16,883 nt of DNA, taken from the NCBI GenBank assembly GCA_039208735.1, contig JBCCQY010000187.1, positions 1 through 16,883 on the forward strand, read 5' to 3'. A model generated the notes under the pieces. The model had not been told where the DNA came from. It saw nothing but the letters and a program-made list of their open reading frames with translations, and ran no database searches. Below are positions 1 to 7,500 of this stretch, in pieces (position 1 is the first letter of the stretch; each line of letters begins with the position of its first letter). The translations under genes were made by a program, and so were the position numbers. The DNA comes from Myxococcota bacterium. Lineage in GTDB: Bacteria; Myxococcota_A; UBA796; GCA-2862545.

Positions 1-56
1 CACCACAAGGCATGCGAAGGTGTAAACCTGAACCGGGGTCGCGTCACGGTCGAATT
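1..56 (+). repeat. Direct repeat copy 1 (may extend left beyond the window)
   Basis: caccacaaggcatgcgaagGtgtAaacctgaaccggggtcgcgtcacggtcgaatt matches 2881-2936 at 54/56 positions (differences at 20 and 24). Confidence 0.97.
2..25 (+). CDS. Probable 3' end of a gene entering from the left (TTRHAKV*)
   Basis: Frame acc aca agg cat gcg aag gtg TAA. The repeat copy reads TTRHAKM TGA, so the stop position is kept despite a base change. Confidence 0.35.
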   Translation, partial: TTRHAKV

Positions 57-240
57 TGTCAGGTTGCCCAGTTGGCCAGACTGCTCAAAATGACAGGTTG
101 CTGTTTGCCTCGGTCGAATCGCATACCATCAGCGTCCGGCTTTTAGAATGGCGAAAACGCCAACCAGTTCCAACTGAGGCTCAACTGCGCAGAATATTGG
201 TAGATTCGGGTCAAGTCTCCACCCCAAATGAGTAGGCTGG

Positions 241-286
241 GTGTGTTCCAAATCCGCAGATCCCGGGTTCGAGTCCTGGAACCCTT
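241..286 (+). pseudogene. tRNA-like 3'-half remnant (anticodon loop TTCCAAA, Trp-like)
   Basis: T-arm ccggg-TTCGAGT-cctgg (263-279), 5-nt variable loop AGATC (258-262), 7-nt loop TTCCAAA (246-252) in a weak stem gtgtg/tccgc. No convincing D-arm or 5' acceptor strand. Confidence 0.35.
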
Positions 287-493
287 TCTTCAAACTCCTC
301 TTTCTAGAATGGGTGTTCAGCGGCATGTGCCAACCGGTGGGCACCGCTGGCCCGAGTTCGCGGAGCTTGCATCCGCTGGCCCAGGAAACCGGTGGCACGT
401 TAGTGACCTCTCGGTCAACTCACGTGTAAACTTTTCTACTCGACAATTCTGCCAGCCGCAATACCGTCACGACTACGTAACGCCGGAGGCAGT

Positions 494-1490
494 ATGAGTT
501 TTCCTGATTTTGGTACTGGCTGCTTGTAACAGCAACGACGATGCAAAAGAAATCGAATCTGATCCTGCAGATTTTGCAGTGCGCGAATGCGAGCGCGGCA
601 CTTGCGATCGAGCAATCGTCAGATTCGACAAACAGACACTTGCGGATTGCTTTGGCTGGGATCCCCAGCAATATCCTGGCTCGGGTTGGCCTCCTGATGC
701 CCCTGCTCCGCTCGCGTTTGACTGGTGCAATCCAGACACACTCGCCACCGTCACTTGTGATTGGGAGAATTCCCTGTCTGACGTAGATTTTCTTTTTGCT
801 CCCTTTTCAGATAGATTTTGTGATTGTGACGACCAGGAGCGAGCTTTCAGCTGCTCTTGCTGCGTGCTGGATGTTTCATTTGAGCCCTTCTTGGACGAGG
901 TGGGAGGATTATCACAGGAGTTCCTGGATCGTTACCGAGAATGTACTGTGGCAGGAGCCGCTGGAGAAGAAATCTTGCCCATCTGTCAGACCCCAGAGTG
1001 CGATGTGAGGCGGTGCAACTTCATAGATGGCATCTTTTCGATCGCACCTGATGCCACGCATGTGCTTCACGTGGACCCAGTTGTCTCAACAGTAACGGTC
1101 ACACACGCTTGGGGAGAAAGTTCGTTCGCTCTTCAAGGCGGGGCCTCCATTTCGACAGACACCAACATGTTCTTGACGGGTCACGTCTGGGCGCAGGACG
1201 GAAATCTTGGCAGTCATGAACTGACCGATTGGCATTGGAAGACAGATGAGGCGTTTGCGATTGAAATCTTTGGCGATACCTTGTCAATCAATAGCGATAC
1301 GCTGCCGGCTTTAAGCGGTAAGGGCTACGAAGGCAACCAGGGATGGAGCCTCAATGTATCGCTTACCACGGGTGCGAATGGGACCCTCGATCTGAATTCT
1401 GAAAGTTGGGCGCTTGATTTCAGCCAGTCTTCGTTTGGATGGGATGCCAATGTGCATCTGGAAGGTTGGATCTCATCGGCCACGCAATGA
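494..1490 (+). CDS. Cys-rich putative lipoprotein of unknown function; start region apparently frameshifted (open frame 498/510-1490)
   Basis: 326-aa ORF from TTG510 with lipobox LAAC (Cys codon 525-527), 14 further Cys in the N-terminal half, and a Cys-free, beta-strand-like C-terminal half. GGAGG 485-489 precedes ATG494, which is one base out of frame with the hydrophobic stretch VFLILVLAAC. Confidence 0.7.
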
Positions 1491-2512
1491 TGACAACCAT
1501 GCTTATGTCATTCACTGCTGGTCTTTTCGCGCTTGGTGGATGCCACAAAGCCGAACTCGATAGTGTAGCGATCGTTGGTGGGTCTGAAGAACAGCGACGA
1601 GCTGTTCGAGACGAGATTGAGGCATTCCAGAGATGGGCCGGAAAAGGGAGATTTTCATTAAGAAAAGTTCGATTTCGAGAACTTGATGATTTCTACGGCC
1701 TCTACTCCGGGAACCGAATCGACATCAACGTCGCTATCACCAGTGAGTCGTTTGTTCGGCTAGTGATGCGCCATGAGCTTTGCCATGCCCTCGATGATGT
1801 CGAAGAAATCTCTTCCCAAGGACTCTTTGACGCTATTGTTTCTGGTGATCAATGGGATGTCCGGGGACGCAACGCGGCGAGGCGCGAGGGCTTTGCTCAG
1901 ATTTACGAACTGGGCCCTGACGCCGCCTGGAGTCTCTCTCGTGAGTGTTCCGGGGAGCCCGATAAGATTGCCCGCTTGGGACAGGCTTTGGTTGACAAAG
2001 TCTGGTCCTCAACTGAACCCTGGCCTCCGGCGAGAGTCGCATATCAAGTTTCCTTGTCTTTGCCACAATCGGCATTAACACCTGCTTGGAACAACTTGGA
2101 TGTAGGTGTGAGTAAGGATATCGTTCGCTTCGGACTTCTAAATGAAGAGGAGAGGCTATTCTTCAACGCTGACCTGACCACGGGAACTCTCGTGCCGGAG
2201 GAAGATATTCCAGCTCGGCAGACCTTCCGCTTCACGGACACCATCGACCAAGACGATTTGCCAGTGATAGCCGGGTTTCTTCGTGCCTGGGATAGCGAAC
2301 TCGTCATTGGGCGATGGCGTTTGGCTGTTGGGTCGCTCGGAGATGTGGAAAGGCTGGTTCTGCTGGACAACGGCAGGTGGATTCCACTTGACGACGGCTG
2401 TACCCTCTCATCGGCAGGAATAAATCGGATGCCGTTTGCAGTAGATGGTCAATGGCTCGCAGAGCTTAGAAGCGATGGGACACTCTGGTGGGGAAGGGTT
2501 CAGGTTGATTGA
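1487..2512 (+). CDS. Putative lipoprotein zinc metallopeptidase (zincin-like, HExxH)
   Basis: ATG1487 overlaps the upstream stop (ATGA). Signal MMTTMLMSFTAGLFALGGC with lipobox LGGC. VMRHELCHALD (HELCH 1772-1786) and downstream REGFAQ as a candidate third ligand. Confidence 0.75.
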   Translation: MMTTMLMSFTAGLFALGGCHKAELDSVAIVGGSEEQRRAVRDEIEAFQRWAGKGRFSLRKVRFRELDDFYGLYSGNRIDINVAITSESFVRLVMRHELCHALDDVEEISSQGLFDAIVSGDQWDVRGRNAARREGFAQIYELGPDAAWSLSRECSGEPDKIARLGQALVDKVWSSTEPWPPARVAYQVSLSLPQSALTPAWNNLDVGVSKDIVRFGLLNEEERLFFNADLTTGTLVPEEDIPARQTFRFTDTIDQDDLPVIAGFLRAWDSELVIGRWRLAVGSLGDVERLVLLDNGRWIPLDDGCTLSSAGINRMPFAVDGQWLAELRSDGTLWWGRVQVD

Positions 2513-2623
2513 GCAAGAATCCCGTCGCATCTGACAGGCCGGACGCTCGATCTACCACTGCACAACGCCCTGGAGGGTACCTCGACTCGACTCTCGTAGA
2601 CGGGATCTGCAACCTGGGTCACG

Positions 2624-2905
2624 TTGTCATATCCCCTCCACGAGGGCCTGATGGAGGGCGGTTGGCAGCACCGTTCGCCGTGCGTCGGACCTTGCAGCGG
2701 ATGCACGGTCCGTGGCGCGAAGGCCCGTGGCCTACGTCTTCGTTCTTTCGAAACAGGGCCCGTGGTCGAAGCGCGCTTTCGGCGAAAGGATGGGCAACAG
2801 CCCGATTTGCACGTCGGCATGATCGGTGATGTTTAGGTCCGTCTCTCGCTGAATGGAGAGTTGGACGATTTCGATCTGAACACCACAAGGCATGCGAAGA
2901 TGTGA
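2624..2905 (+). pseudogene. Possible decayed 3' fragment of the gene ending at position 25
   Basis: One frame reads ...GLRLRSFETGPVVEARFRRKDGQQPDLHVGMIGDV*VRLSLNGELDDFDLNTTRHAKM* with internal TAG 2834-2836, ending inside the direct repeat. Left boundary uncertain. Confidence 0.35.
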
Positions 2906-2936
2906 ACCTGAACCGGGGTCGCGTCACGGTCGAATT
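2881..2936 (+). repeat. Direct repeat copy 2
   Basis: 54/56 identity to 1-56. Confidence 0.97.
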
Positions 2937-2951
2937 CTGTCCATCGAGCGC

Positions 2952-4139
2952 CTATTTCTCACGCGGTTTGACCCACTGGGGAAGGTCCCAGGGCGTCCCC
3001 GTCGCGGTCAGCACCATCCGTTCGAAGAACGATGGCGGGGCGGCTTTGGGTTCGATGGGCAGCGTGAGTTCTCCTACCAGGCCGGATTCGACGTGTTCGC
3101 CCAACGTGATTCCCCCGAAGGGTTCGAAGTGCGACTGCACCTGGGCCTGCTCGTCCTCGGACAGCGCCGCGTAGGCCTCTTGCAGCATCTGCAGGCAGTA
3201 CACGCGATAATGGACGGTCTTCAATTTGGGGTAGGTCACGGCCTCGGTCTCGTGGTCGAAGCGAGCGGCTCCTGAGCGCCAGGCTTCGGCGTTCCGAATG
3301 AGGAACGGTGCGTAGTTCGTAGCGATGTCCCGCATGAAGTACGTCCAGCCTGGATGGTCGAACCCCGGCAGCTCTGGGACGGCCGATGCGGTCCCCGAAC
3401 GGGCCGCCCACACGCGGGACAGCCAGGCGTACACGGCTGGTGCTTCATTGCGCATCACGCGGGCGGGGGTCGGATCGAGCCCGTAGTGGCGAAACATCGG
3501 CCCGTAAAGCCCGAAGTCGGCAATGGTCGGTCGATCCCCCAAGAGGAAGGGCCGATCTGAGAGGATGGACTCCATGGCTCGCAGCAGATCGAGGTAGTGC
3601 GACCGGATGAAGGGTTCGGTCTTCTTCGTCAGTCCATCGCCCGTCAGGTAGGTCCGGATTTGCCGACTGCCGTAGTACCAGCCCGCAATGGCTTTGGGAA
3701 CTGGCCAATCCGCCAACACCTCGTGGCCAATGCGGAACGAGAGGTGCCGGCGCGACTCTGGAAAGCACCACCGCCAGTACAATGCGGCTCGCCAACACCA
3801 CTCGTCTGCATAGTCCTCGATGAGGAGAGCCAGGAATCGGGTCACCGGGTCGGCGGGGAACACCCCCACATCTGGCAGATGGCGCTCGAGCCACTGAATC
3901 ATGGGGGTGGTGTCCTTGAGCCACCGCCCATCGGGCAGGCGCACCACGGGCACCTTCATCATGCGAGTGTGCCGATACACCTCGTGCAATAGCGTCTGCA
4001 CGGTGACGAGGCGGCGTTCGTAGGGGATTTCCCGATATCGAAGGTAGGCTTCGAGCTTGCCGCTGAAGTAGCTCATGTCGGCGACGTAGGCGGTGAGCGG
4101 TTCTGTGCCTTGCAAGTCGTACGAAGACGGTTGGGTCAT
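2952..4139 (-). CDS. Glutathione S-transferase family protein (long form)
   Basis: GST-N motifs SYFSGKLEAYLRYREIPYE, KVPVV, DTTPMIQWLE; GST-C motif PFLLGDRPTIADFGLYG; 395 aa. Confidence 0.88.
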   Translation of the reverse strand: MTQPSSYDLQGTEPLTAYVADMSYFSGKLEAYLRYREIPYERRLVTVQTLLHEVYRHTRMMKVPVVRLPDGRWLKDTTPMIQWLERHLPDVGVFPADPVTRFLALLIEDYADEWCWRAALYWRWCFPESRRHLSFRIGHEVLADWPVPKAIAGWYYGSRQIRTYLTGDGLTKKTEPFIRSHYLDLLRAMESILSDRPFLLGDRPTIADFGLYGPMFRHYGLDPTPARVMRNEAPAVYAWLSRVWAARSGTASAVPELPGFDHPGWTYFMRDIATNYAPFLIRNAEAWRSGAARFDHETEAVTYPKLKTVHYRVYCLQMLQEAYAALSEDEQAQVQSHFEPFGGITLGEHVESGLVGELTLPIEPKAAPPSFFERMVLTATGTPWDLPQWVKPREK

Positions 4140-4148
4140 CCCGGGAGT

Positions 4149-4583
4149 CTACAAGAGGGCGTTTAGAAGAAGCACGAAGACAAACACGCTGCAGACGAGA
4201 AAACCCCCCATAAGCAGGATTCCGATCACCCTCCAGAGGTCGCGGTTGCGACGGAAGACCACCTCGAGGCTCTCGAGCCCACCATTGTCGGCCCCCAGCC
4301 GTGCGATGGCACTCGACATCTCAGCCAAGATGTAGCTTAGGTAGCCGAGGACAATGCAGAGGATGGTGAGGGGGCTGAAGAAGCAGAGTACGTAGACTGC
4401 CACGACACCTGGAGCTTCGTCCACCGGGCCCACGGTTGCCATAATTCCGAATCCCATGACAAGACACGAGGGAAACCAAAGGAGAACACCCAGAACCGTG
4501 AGGGTGCCCAAGAGCATCGCGGTGAGGCTATACCACGGCCGGGTTTGTTGAAGCAATCGTTGTGAGTCTGGCTCCATCACCAT
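4149..4583 (-). CDS. Small membrane protein, DUF5362-like (paralog 2)
   Basis: Three hydrophobic segments; pattern LQQTRPW...FRRNRDLWRVIG; start (4583 or 4577) overlaps the upstream stop. Confidence 0.7.
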   Translation of the reverse strand: MVMEPDSQRLLQQTRPWYSLTAMLLGTLTVLGVLLWFPSCLVMGFGIMATVGPVDEAPGVVAVYVLCFFSPLTILCIVLGYLSYILAEMSSAIARLGADNGGLESLEVVFRRNRDLWRVIGILLMGGFLVCSVFVFVLLLNALL

Positions 4584-5023
4584 TCCGCCACGTTGAGTAG
4601 GAAACCTCCACAGTTCAAGAGCGCGAAGATTGCCGTCGTCGCTCCGAAGAGCTGCCAGAAGTTTCGATTTTGCTTTAAGAACGCGCGGAGCGCCGCCCGG
4701 TTTTGCGTCGATGGGCGAAGGCCGGTCAAGGCGTTGGCCATCTGAAACATTCGCATGGCGAGCACCCCGACGAGTCCACTCAACACGAAGAGGATCATCG
4801 TTTGCACCGAACTCTCGATGGCCATGCGATGGCGGCCCTCAGTCAGTTGAACCAAGGTGTTCAGTCCGAATCCCACACAAAACAGCAGACCCGTAGCCGC
4901 GAGGATTGACGTGATGCAGGCGGCCACAAACACCCACGGCCGGGCTTGACGGAGGTAGTTTAGATGTTGGTTGACCTTGCTGTCGGGCTGGTCAAACGCA
5001 TCGAACGGGTCATCGAACGTCAA
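4577..5023 (-). CDS. Small membrane protein, DUF5362-like (paralog 1)
   Basis: Pattern LRQARPW...FLKQNRNFWQLFG with three hydrophobic segments. Start reassigned to TTG5023 (MTFDDPF) to avoid overlap with the upstream acyltransferase gene. Confidence 0.7.
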   Translation of the reverse strand: MTFDDPFDAFDQPDSKVNQHLNYLRQARPWVFVAACITSILAATGLLFCVGFGLNTLVQLTEGRHRMAIESSVQTMILFVLSGLVGVLAMRMFQMANALTGLRPSTQNRAALRAFLKQNRNFWQLFGATTAIFALLNCGGFLLNVAEW

Positions 5024-5034
5024 AGGCCGCTCAT

Positions 5035-6462
5035 CTAGCCACCGATGGGCCAGTTCTCCAGAGTCTGCTCGAATTGCGCCCGAACCTCGGCGATGTGGGC
5101 ATCCAGGTTCTCGCGTTTCCAATCTGCCGTCGAGATGGGGGGCAACACGCAGACGTCGACGGTGCCAGGATGCACGAGGACTTGGCCCTTGGGCCACAGC
5201 TCACCGGTGTTGCGCAGCACGATGGGTACGATGGGGACGCCGGCATCCATCGCAAGGTGGAATCCACCTTTCTTGAACGTGCCCAGGCGCGGGGTGGGCA
5301 TGCGGGTGCCCTCGGGCCAGATCATGACGGATTCGCCACCTTGAATGCGCTCGACGAGCGCAGTGAGGCTCGCCCGGGCGGATTCCGAGTCGGTGCGGTC
5401 GATCAGGGCCACGTCAAGCCAGCTCATCGCGAAGGCACGAGGGTCCCACGCAATCTCCTGTTTACCCACCACGGTAAAGTCATGGCGAACCAGCACTCCG
5501 GCCACCAGAGGGTCGAGGTTGGACTGGTGGTTGACGATGAACACGGCGGGACGCGCGGCTTCGATGTGTTCCTTGCCCTGGGCCCGAACCTCGATGCCCG
5601 CCACCTTGAGGGTGAGGTCCCCGGCGGCTGCGAGGGTCGGGCCAATCGGCTTCCAGCGGCCTCCACTGATCATCTTGCCCGCCACGGCGGCCAGCACGCC
5701 TGCGTTCATCGTCCCGAGCGAGGCCAAGGTCCCAAACACACTGCGAAGGTCGGTCGAAGGAGGGTCCTCGAACTGCAAGATGGGCATGTCGACCGACTTC
5801 GCAAACCGGGCGAGCCCGCGGTCGGGACAGACCGCATGGGGATGGCCCAGCGCCTCGAGGAAGTCCTGGTCTTCGTCTCCGTTGGCGTACCCGAAGCTCT
5901 GGGTGAGATCGACGTCGTTTGCGGTGGCAAAGTCGCGCACGGCCTTCGCCTTGTGCCGGCCCCAGGTGGGGGCGCCCACCACGCGACCCGTCAGCGTGCC
6001 GTCGACCACTTCAAGGTGCGTGGACAGGACGTTGGAAATCTCGAGGTCTTGGGCCACCGGAGCGGCTTGAAAGCCCGTGGCCGCGGTCGCCATCACCACC
6101 GTGTGGCCGCGTCGTCGGTGGGCCCGTACTAAATCGCGAACGCCAGGGCGCAACGTCGCCGCGACGCGCTTTTTGAACACCCGCTTGGACAGCGCTTCCA
6201 TGTCGTCGACCGTGCGGCCTGCGATCAACATCGCCGCCCGTTCGATGGTGGCGGTATCGCCATCTTCTTGGTTCCGGAGCTTTTGTACATCGCGCGCTAG
6301 TTCGTACAGCGCGCGGGCTCCGAGCGTCTGGAGCTCCTCTCGCAGATACGCCAACGCGGTGAAGCCCTTGACAAGGGTTCCATCCAGGTCGAAAAAGGCG
6401 CCGATGGCCGGTCCCTCGGGGGCGGCCTCGGCGGCCTGGATGGCGCGTTCAATGTCGGTCAC
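5035..6462 (-). CDS. HAD-IB hydrolase / 1-acyl-sn-glycerol-3-phosphate acyltransferase (PlsC-like) fusion
   Basis: HAD motif I FFDLDGTL, then ATAA, K and GYANGDED; acyltransferase motifs NHQSNLD, IDR, PEGTR, FKKGGF. GTG6462 start preceded by GGAG. Confidence 0.92.
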   Translation of the reverse strand: MTDIERAIQAAEAAPEGPAIGAFFDLDGTLVKGFTALAYLREELQTLGARALYELARDVQKLRNQEDGDTATIERAAMLIAGRTVDDMEALSKRVFKKRVAATLRPGVRDLVRAHRRRGHTVVMATAATGFQAAPVAQDLEISNVLSTHLEVVDGTLTGRVVGAPTWGRHKAKAVRDFATANDVDLTQSFGYANGDEDQDFLEALGHPHAVCPDRGLARFAKSVDMPILQFEDPPSTDLRSVFGTLASLGTMNAGVLAAVAGKMISGGRWKPIGPTLAAAGDLTLKVAGIEVRAQGKEHIEAARPAVFIVNHQSNLDPLVAGVLVRHDFTVVGKQEIAWDPRAFAMSWLDVALIDRTDSESARASLTALVERIQGGESVMIWPEGTRMPTPRLGTFKKGGFHLAMDAGVPIVPIVLRNTGELWPKGQVLVHPGTVDVCVLPPISTADWKRENLDAHIAEVRAQFEQTLENWPIGG

Positions 6463-6600
6463 GGTCGCTCCAGTGGTCGGGCCACGGCGGGAGCTTACCA
6501 CCCGGGTCACTTCGCCCTGAATACCGCTCGGTGGCCCTCGCCGTTCACGCGGTAGCGAAGCCGAGGCCGCCGCGCACATCCTTTCGCAACTGGATGTGAC

Positions 6601-7401
6601 CTAGAGGGTCCCCAACAAGCGCCGGGCTTCGGGCCGAATCCAATCGTCCATGCAGCGTCTGACGACGTCATCGAGGTCTCGAGCCGAGAGCACCCCGTAT
6701 GCGGCGGCCGCTCTGGGCAGGTGAGGGCCCTGTACGCAAGGGCGAGGCTCGGCAAAGGCGCGCGTGACCGCTTTCCAAACTTCGCGTCCCCCGGCGCGGA
6801 GCGCCCACCGCAGTGTGTCCCAGGCCAGTTCCGCGTGACGGGTCTCGTCCGCCACCATGGTTTCGAGGACGCGAATGACCCGCCGGTCCTCTGCGTACCG
6901 AAGTCTGGTCGCGGCCACAGTCAGGGCCATCGTCTGCTGAATGCAGGCGTTCCGAACGGTTGCGGCGGCGAATGCAGCAAGGGTGGAAGCGGGCGTCCGC
7001 GTATTGCGCAGCAAGCCAGGTTGCACGACATGGCCGCCGAGGCGCCCCACGAGATTGAAGGCAAGCGAGGCGTGCACGATCTCGTCGCGTCGCGCAGCTT
7101 CGGTTCGCTTAAGGAGGGCATGCGGTGCCCCGAGGCGCTTGAGGTGGGTCGACGCATTCTCAAACGCAAACACGCTCGCGTACTCGGCCCGCGCGGTGCG
7201 CAGCCACACATTGACCACCACGCCTCGGAGCGGTTCGTTCAAGGCACCCGGGGCGGAAACGCCACTGAATCGTACGGGGGGGAGCGGAGCCCTGGGCATG
7301 AGCTGGACGCCACCGCGGGCTTCGACACGCTCCACATCGGAGGTTGAAGCCGCACGTGAAGACTCCAATATGCTCAGGACGAGGCCTCGGATTCCGGTCA
7401 T
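6601..7401 (-). CDS. Ferritin-like domain protein (myxobacterial type)
   Basis: AEYASVFAF, DEIVHA and DETRHAELAW helical motifs; GGAGG upstream of ATG7401. Confidence 0.8.
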   Translation of the reverse strand: MTGIRGLVLSILESSRAASTSDVERVEARGGVQLMPRAPLPPVRFSGVSAPGALNEPLRGVVVNVWLRTARAEYASVFAFENASTHLKRLGAPHALLKRTEAARRDEIVHASLAFNLVGRLGGHVVQPGLLRNTRTPASTLAAFAAATVRNACIQQTMALTVAATRLRYAEDRRVIRVLETMVADETRHAELAWDTLRWALRAGGREVWKAVTRAFAEPRPCVQGPHLPRAAAAYGVLSARDLDDVVRRCMDDWIRPEARRLLGTL

Positions 7402-7500
7402 ACGTTCCCTCCAGCGGAGTATGACCGCCGTGGTGAGGATTCGTTTTCAACACTTGACGGTGGAGGCGCGGAAGAGACGCGATGACATACTGTTGATGGG

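Noticed and set aside
205..290. Complete functional tRNA-Trp gene
   Set aside because: No proper D-arm or 5' acceptor strand, mismatched anticodon stem and no CCA; kept only as a possible remnant.
325..405. Integron attC site (ccAAC ... GTTAGTG)
   Set aside because: The core sites deviate from RYYYAAC/GTTRRRY and are not complementary beyond AAC/GTT; the expected L boxes do not pair; no integron integrase in view.
228..497. 89-aa ORF in frame with the lipoprotein (possible TGA readthrough fusion)
   Set aside because: Composition is not protein-like, it overlaps the structured elements, and a fusion would bury the lipoprotein signal; a local indel is simpler.
2500..2927. ORFs 2509-2829(+), 2500-2820(-) and 2619-2927(-)
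   Set aside because: Arg/Pro-rich, no motifs or clear RBS; typical spurious high-GC ORFs.
1..2936. Diversity-generating retroelement TR/VR pair as explanation for the repeat
   Set aside because: Only two mismatches, in opposite directions (G/A and A/G), so no one-sided adenine pattern; no reverse transcriptase in the window.
5074..6520. Long plus-strand ORFs (352, 241 and 147 aa), and similar ones at 11303-12130, 13261-14058 and 14051-14791
   Set aside because: Antisense shadows of well-supported genes, expected from high-GC codon bias.
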